Part shown: in pieces, positions 33,101 to 38,612 of the stretch
How positions within the stretch are numbered: the stretch's first letter is position 1
Layout of the letters: each line of letters begins with the position of its first letter
Assembly: GCA_032718475.1 (NCBI GenBank)
Contig: JAUCBJ010008782.1
Span: forward strand, 1 to 38,612
From: Nemertoderma westbladi
Lineage: Eukaryota; Animalia; Xenacoelomorpha
Length of the DNA stretch: 38,612 nucleotides
Direction: 5' to 3'
Made by a program: the position numbers and the translations under genes
Notes under the pieces: generated by a model
The model's input: the letters and a program-made list of their open reading frames with translations, nothing else
The model's database searches: none
Told to the model about the DNA's origin: nothing

Positions 33101-34520
33101 TCAGCGTCCTTTCCACTCTCAACTACCCACCCCACAAATTGTTAAATTGGTAAAAAAATTATTTGGTCTAGTGTCAATTAAGGGAAAGGAGCAGGTTACA
33201 GTGCTGTGTAGGTTTTAACCAAATAATAAATTACTTGATCGATTAAACCCAATAACGTTGGTATAGTATATTTCTCGTTACAATTCGGTGGAAATTAACG
33301 CAGGGAAAATCTTTGTGGAAAATCAGTTAAAAACTAAAAGGAGTGTTCAACCTTGAAAATAAGAGTTGCTGCCTCCCATCCCATTCTGGGTAACAGCAAA
33401 GAGATGAGAGCTGGTTTTGTGATTCAGGCAGGTAACGAATGAATTTCAACACCTAATTGGAATGTATTTATTATATAATCTACTCTGCAATAGTCGTGAC
33501 AGATATTAAAATTTTGTAATATATAATATTCTTCACATGCTCCGCTGTGAACACCAGAACTCCTCACGAAGCAATGTGTATATTGAATAAAGTTTATCTG
33601 TGACTGGTAAACCTTGGGTATTCTTACAAGGAAGGAACATGTTTTATCCCTTATTTTTATTCGGTAAACGTCTTGACTTCAATAATAAAAAAATTAGCAT
33701 ACATTACATGGAAAACTAACAGTGGGTATGTACTGTACATCAAGACGACAGGAAGTCTGTGTTATTTGCATTCCAACTACGGATGGACACAACTGTTGCT
33801 ATTCCTAGCCATCCCTCGGATAATTGAGCACTTAGTATGTAACTATTTACACCACCCTGTGAAACTATTAGCAAAACAACAATGTTAATTAATTATTTGT
33901 CAGGAAGTATTCCCCTATTTCCTGCGTAGGTTCATATAGACAATGTGGAACGATGCCAAATACAATAAGAAGCACAGCTTTCAACGATCTTACCTGGTAA
34001 ATAATGTACCAATGAAACACGTGAGACGAATACCACGCCGTTGATGCAGCATAGCCCCCAAATACATCGTTAGCGCATTGCAAGTCACAAACATACTTGG
34101 TATCCAAATCATATAAGAACTGTCCAAATTCGATCCGATAGAGGTATTAGCGCGCAGATAGGAAGCCATATAAGGAGAAAGGTTTTGGAAGGTATAGAAT
34201 GTTCCTATTGTTAGATTCATTGTAAAGGCACCTATAATTGATGCAAACTTTCTTAACATCAACGGTTTAAATCTTCGGTAAGGACTATTCTTTATAGCCG
34301 TCCTGTTAGCCTCATCATCTATTTCTATAGCTTCATCATTTGCTATAACATCGTTGTTTATTGAATGTCTTCTTGAGGGTTGATCCAAAGATGTTGAGTT
34401 GACGCTTTTAGAACTATTGTTTGTTGTTGGTACGTTAGTTTCATTTAATTGTTGATCTGGCATTAGTTCTGATCGCGTGTCCATATCTCTCAATAATGTA
34501 TGCAGTTGGTCGTTTTGCAT
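26934..34520 (-). CDS. MFS transporter, oxalate:formate antiporter-like, 5 coding exons, ~521 aa
   Basis: Exons 34520-33994, 32979-32775, 28836-28336, 27955-27811, 27121-26934. All introns GT-AG with consistent phases (2,0,0,1); total 1566 nt. Motifs GTFYTFQNLSPYMASY, RWMPQSKGLAVGLVVGGFGLGAFIF, NCIGRVFWGFLSD, FSLFPATTAKAFG. Start codon is uncertain. Confidence 0.9.
27471..27776 (+). mobile_element. Probable tRNA-derived SINE in MFS intron 4
   Basis: A-box-like TGGCCGCCTGGTTAAGG (27476-27492), B-box-like GGATCAATAC (27540-27549), A-rich tail of CTAAAAAA units (~27738-27776). No TSD seen. Confidence 0.45.
27811..27955 (-). CDS. MFS transporter exon 4 (not in ORF track)
   Basis: catttag acceptor; ILCFTIPLAEYQGKTVFFIWSVGIFFTFSGTFSLFPATTAKAFGITNA; GTTTGT donor. 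Confidence 0.85.
28336..28836 (-). CDS. MFS transporter exon 3
   Basis: ttgcag acceptor, GTAAGT donor; VQSQFLNP...GIILS. Confidence 0.9.
28968..29402. mobile_element. Fold-back/MITE-like inverted repeat (~180 bp arms) in MFS intron 2, with a third partial arm at 29688-29797
   Basis: taaaatataaagtaataggaacgcattttaaacaaccatg...ctgttcaaccgtaagta is mirrored by tacttactgttgaacag...catggttgtttaaaatgccttcctattactttatatttta. Confidence 0.75.
29818..30381 (-). pseudogene. RTE-like LINE 3' fragment, degraded
   Basis: KDIR*RKGKAWTALNTMPRIWKS...RLRIAGHYHRREDQ...DTGFEDSYDLANVIGDRELWR; homologous to the copies at 30825 and 37154. Confidence 0.8.
30825..31340 (-). pseudogene. RTE-like LINE 3' fragment with 3' UTR and (TAG)n tail
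   Basis: RIWKSPRINRKLKVRLFRAAVVPVLLYGSPCW...RLRFAGHCFRREDQPVHNLVLWQP...MGDRELWR; tail gcaatgcagcatgccgatcc(tag)n. Confidence 0.85.
31415..32105 (+). pseudogene. Highly degraded RTE-like reverse transcriptase fragment
   Basis: Frameshifted remnants IVPVLKK, YRGISLFSSAVKLFNRI, LRGNQNAF and FADD (31862-31873). Confidence 0.65.
32444..32660. mobile_element. 217 bp MITE with 9 bp TSD ACCAGTAAT (Mutator/MULE-like)
   Basis: TSD at 32435-32443 and 32661-32669. TIRs GGGTGTAAACGCTATGCCGACAACCGACA / TGTCGGTTGTCGGAGTAGCGATTACACCC. Confidence 0.85.
32775..32979 (-). CDS. MFS transporter exon 2
   Basis: ttttattacag acceptor, GTAAGA donor; SGVLFTYFAI...AFIFDQ. Confidence 0.9.
33994..34520 (-). CDS. MFS transporter coding exon 1
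   Basis: Polar N-terminal tail followed by the first TM segments; GTAAGA donor at 33993. Confidence 0.85.
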
Positions 34521-35499
34521 TATAAGCAAGGTCAAAGTAAATTAACAATTTTCACATTATTAATTAATAAATTATAAATTTCGGTGGCAAGCGTATTAAT
34601 TGAAATGTTTTATGTCAGTTCATTGTTGCGCCTATGATCAATATAAATATAAGTATGAACGTTTATAACTCACTTTGTTGCTAAAACTAATTGACTGGAC
34701 TTTGATGCTTGGCTCATATAATTATGATAACATAAAACCAATTGGTTAGAGTTATGTTATCTAACAAATAAAATGGCCTTGTTGACATGCAAATCAAATG
34801 GTTGAAATATAATTTTATTTCTTTACTTGATTTGTACGGATAAATCTATATGGTGGGACATAATGAAAGAGGTTTGACAAGCCAGGGAAACAATTCAATG
34901 TATGCAGTGTTTGCTGAAATCGATTTTTTGGCTTTAATATCCAGGTTTGGTTCATACATTCGAAAAAACCGTGGGTCAAATTTAGTTAATATTTGTTGAA
35001 TTGCGCCGGCTTCCAAAAACTTACTTGTGTCATTAATTAAAATTTGACTCAGGATTTAATGGATTGTCCACAATGATGCTTAGAGCGCATCTACCTTGAA
35101 ATGTCAACTGAGTGTAATGCATTTACAGCGAGGCTAACTCAATGAGGCAAACTGTTAGAAGTCATGAAGTCTAGAGATGTTATGTCATGGCTCACTTGCC
35201 CTGGTCACCATGGTGCAAGTAAATCTAGTACGACTCAATCGGCATGTGTGTGCTTTGGATGACCAACTATGCAACTTTATGCAAATCTATTTCGACTGAG
35301 GACATTCAGTAGGACTGTGTGTGTAGATAGAGTTGCATCCAACCTGAAACACTCTCGACAGCAGGTTATATGTTGTTTTGGGTACTGATGTTGAAGAGTA
35401 CCTACTCTGATTGCGATGATTTCCACCAAATTTATTGAAAACTGAAATAATTTATACAACAATGATATCTTTATTTATAATAGTAAGTAAAGCGTATTA

Positions 35500-35790
35500 T
35501 TCAAGGGGATTGTTTTCGCTGAACTTCTCCCTAATGTTTATAACTGCCTGACCTTGAAGATGTTCCATGTGCTAATCTACTCTGAAATTATTTTCCTTAG
35601 CAGATGATGTAATATTATATTCAAACAACTTAGACATCCAAAAAGGCCTCGATGAATTGTATAAAAGGTGAATGAGGACCTCAATGGATGTAAACATCAA
35701 GACAATTAAAGTTCTAAAATTTAGAACTGAAGGTAGGTTAGCATACAACAAAGATTTATATTACAATGGGAAAAATCTTATTGAATTATG
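35500..35790 (+). pseudogene. Degraded non-LTR reverse transcriptase fragment
   Basis: QGDC..., LADDVILYSNNLDIQKGLDELYK, DVNIKTIKVLKFR. Confidence 0.55.
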
Positions 35791-35977
35791 TAAAATGTTC
35801 TGTAAAATGTAATCTCAAACATATGGTCAACCATTTCTGCAAAAACATCGATATCTTCCCCCAATATAAAGGCTTCCCTCCATGCAGATTTGTTACCAGT
35901 TATCTCTTCGATTAGACCACACTGGCCCAATCCTTCTCTAAATCTTTAATATAAAATAAGTATATATTAGAAATTAA

Positions 35978-36105
35978 GTTTGGAACTTCGAGCAGCACGT
36001 GAACGACTAAGCTAGTTTGTATCTAGTTTGGGACTTAGAGCAGCACATGAACAACTAGGTAACTGGCTATTTAGTTTTGAACTTCGTGTAGAAATGGATC
36101 AATAG
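35978..36105. repeat. Degenerate tandem repeat, ~48 bp period, ~2.5 copies
   Basis: gtttggaacttcgagcagcacgtgaacgacta / gtttgggacttagagcagcacatgaacaacta / gttttgaacttcgtgtag. Confidence 0.6.
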
Positions 36106-36253
36106 AAGTTGAAAATACAATGTATTATTTATTTATTTATTTTATTTAAACTTTTGACTGACAAACAGACAGATAAATAGACGGACCATTAAGGTACCCT
36201 TTCGCTTGCACTACCACACATTTACATGTAGAATGTACATAAATACAACTTAG

Positions 36254-37153
36254 TGTTCAACAGCAGTGCGAATCCTATCAGTGACCAGAAACTTGCACAG
36301 TCCAGCTACGAGAGATCCTTTGGTTTTCATTGCTATTGAAAGAGTAAAACACCGCCAGTGATATTACTTCGCTTGCTGTTTCAACTGCCGAGTGAAAATC
36401 ATCTTCTGTGGCGCAATTCTCGATCTGTTTTTGACTTAAAAACAAATATATTTGGTAAATATATGAAATTAATCTATGAGTGCGAGCGAGTGGATATCAT
36501 ATTAATATTAAATTACTAATTTAATAAAACACTAACATTTCGAACTTGAAGCTGGAGATCTAAATCCTGTATATCGCTTATAGTGGGTTGAACTCCATCT
36601 ACACCATCACAGATCATATAGTTTCTGGTCTATAGAATAATGAAGAATCGCGAATTACTGCAGTGGCAAGCCGCATGAACTCCCGACTCGTTCCACCCTG
36701 GTCTATACCCTCTTCATCATCAAACTTAACATATATCTTGTGATCAACGTTAAACATCCTGCAGTCAAAATTTCTATAAGCGCCCTATAACACGTCATCG
36801 CGGACTACATTGATTTTATTGAATTTTCCAGCATCTTCATCGTCGTAAGTTTTGGTTAAACGGGTGAAAATCTCAAATAGGGTTTCAGGGCGTGGTGGGT
36901 GACTTGCTGTATTGGGTGCCTGTGACGGAACCGGCGCCGATGGCATGTGATCAACGTAATCAGAGGTCAGTGGATCCTGAACTTCTGGTTCTGATGATTT
37001 CGGTACCGGTATTTCAATCACATCATTAAATATACTGGTATATTGTTGAGCGTGAGCGGGATAGGGTTGGTCAGTATCAGAAATATCCAGCAACTGGATG
37101 TGAATAGCTCTATTGCCTGGATACAATGATTTTAAAGTAAGACCATCAAATTC
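36254..37153 (-). pseudogene. HECT-domain E3 ubiquitin ligase (G2E3-like) pseudogene fragment with one intron (36536-36425)
   Basis: KINVVRDDVL*GAYRNF...IYVKFDDEEGIDQGGTSREFMRL is the HECT N-lobe EGxDxGGxxREF motif. A deletion/frameshift leads to QPTISDIQDLD; after the intron comes IENCATEDDF...LVAGLCKFLVTDRIRTAVE. Truncated upstream by the RTE insertion. Confidence 0.75.
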
Positions 37154-37587
37154 AACTACTACTAGTATCGGCATGCCGCATTGCAGCTGCATTTTTAAGA
37201 ATGCTGTGCCGGCTTATCGACAAAATTGCACCGCCACAACTCCCTATCACCCATGACATTTGCTAGATCATCCGCATCTTCAAGGCCAGTGTCCTTTAAG
37301 ATGCGTCTCAAGAAAGTCATGGGCTGTCCACCATGCCTATTCACTCCATGAGGCTGCCAAAGTACAAGATTATGCACTGGCTGGTCCTCACGGCGAAAGC
37401 AATGTCCTGCAAAGCGGAGGCGATTTTGTTCTAGTGTCAAGCTTGGGGGAACCAATGAGACACCTCCAATGTTACATAGTGTCTGGTTGGAGATGTGTGC
37501 ATTGTACTTGACACAATGAACCCGGCGTAGCATTCTTTTGAATATGCCATCCAGAGATTTGGTGTCCTCAGCAGTTAGAGCCCAGCA
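37154..37587 (-). pseudogene. RTE-like LINE 3' fragment with (TAG)n tail
   Basis: CWALTAEDTKSLDGIFKRMLRRV...RLRFAGHCFRR...DRELWR; closely similar to 30825-31340. Confidence 0.85.
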
Positions 37588-38612
37588 AACCAGAAAAACC
37601 AGTTTAAATGATAGAAACAATTGATATGTCCAGTCCATGCCAATCGAACTCAACTTTATTACAACCAGTAGGATGGGAACGACCCATAATGTTCATTATG
37701 TCTTGATCCAGACACTACGATCCTTCTCCAGTGATCACCGCCTTATTGTGGCCAAGGTAAGACTAAGACGAAATCTGCCTTGCCGCAGCATGACTGGTCC
37801 TCTCTGTTGCAACAGCCAAGTGTGAGATCCAGCTTCACACTACAGCTGAGCAACAGGTATGAGGCTCTTGCCTCTGAGGCGGCAGATCACTGTGAGGGCT
37901 ATACTGCCTTCACAGAGGCAGTTAAGTTAGCAGCTGCAGAAACAGTTCCTGTATACCCTCGAAACAGGAAACGGGCCCCCTGGACTGACAACAAAATTCA
38001 GAAGTGCCGAAATGACCTCTACAAGGTGCAGAAAGAGTCCCGACTCAAACAGACTACAGCGGCCAAGAATGCAGTTAAGGCTGCATCTAGGTCCCTGAAC
38101 AGGCAGGCAGTACTCTGTTAATTTACAGGAGCTAATAAACCAACAGGTTGATGCCATCAATGATGCTGACGACAGCAGGCAATCATCCCAGGCATGGAGA
38201 TCAATCAACTTGCTTGCTGGTCGAAAAAGCCAACCAACCACCAAGGTTAAGGCTGAATCACCAGCCGATCGCCTCAATGGTGGGAGGCCCACTTTGAAAA
38301 GCTCCTCAATAATGACAGGGTATTGCCTGATAACTTTATAGAAGTAAAAGTGTCTGAGTCTGTACTCCCAGATATTCCCATTGGTGATATCTCCTTTGCA
38401 GAAGTGAAGGCTGCTGCAAAGAGCCTTAAGACCAATCGTGCCAGTGGAGTAGATGGTGTTCCCCCTGAGTGAATACCTGAGTGTTTAAAGCTCATCTATC
38501 CCATCATAGTAGACATGTACCGTACAACAAGAGTCCCACAAGAAATGAAAACAAATAAGTTGGTGCCAGTTCCCAAGAAGGGCAACCTAACACTCTGGTT
38601 CTTTTCGGGGAA
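37588..38612 (+). pseudogene. RTE-like LINE fragment from the APE C-terminus to the start of RT, running off the window
   Basis: SSDHRLIVAKVRL (APE end), FTLQLSNRYEAL, QAWRSINLLAGRK, WEAHFEKLLN, EVKAAAKSLKTNRASGVDGVPPE, LVPVPKKGNL; contains stops and frameshifts. Confidence 0.8.

Noticed and set aside
26934-34520. Horizontal transfer of a bacterial oxalate:formate antiporter
   Set aside because: It has four canonical introns and OFA-like MFS genes are widespread in invertebrates; nothing in the sequence indicates recent transfer.
36785-37653. The 135 aa and 152 aa ORFs as real proteins
   Set aside because: Chimeric: their N-termini come from the RTE tail or the antisense APE fragment fused to pseudogene pieces.

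Overview
Eukaryotic, AT-rich sequence with GT-AG introns, probably from an invertebrate animal and mostly made of nested transposons. One intact host gene is present: a 5-exon, ~521 aa MFS transporter (oxalate:formate antiporter-like) on the minus strand, 34520->26934. Just downstream of its stop codon lies a ~19 kb minus-strand BEL/Pao LTR retrotransposon complex with 1222 bp LTRs (7806-11698, 25604-26825) and a GAGAG TSD. Its uninterrupted 1430 aa ORF keeps Gag and protease but has lost RT, most of RNase H and integrase in frame, and an orphan ORF follows in the env position. The PBS region is replaced by a copy of 543 bp of the element's own outer flank, so the right LTR looks like a solo LTR with a TSD on both sides. 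Nested inside are a dead long-TIR P/THAP element (8114-10776), an intact hATm-type element (19531-23223) and a MITE. Also present: a multi-intron hAT transposase (1142-3719), L2-like and RTE-like LINE fragments (two possibly 5'-inverted), a HECT E3 ligase pseudogene, a probable tRNA-derived SINE, MITEs and a 33 bp minisatellite. All calls are from reading the sequence by eye; no database searches were run.
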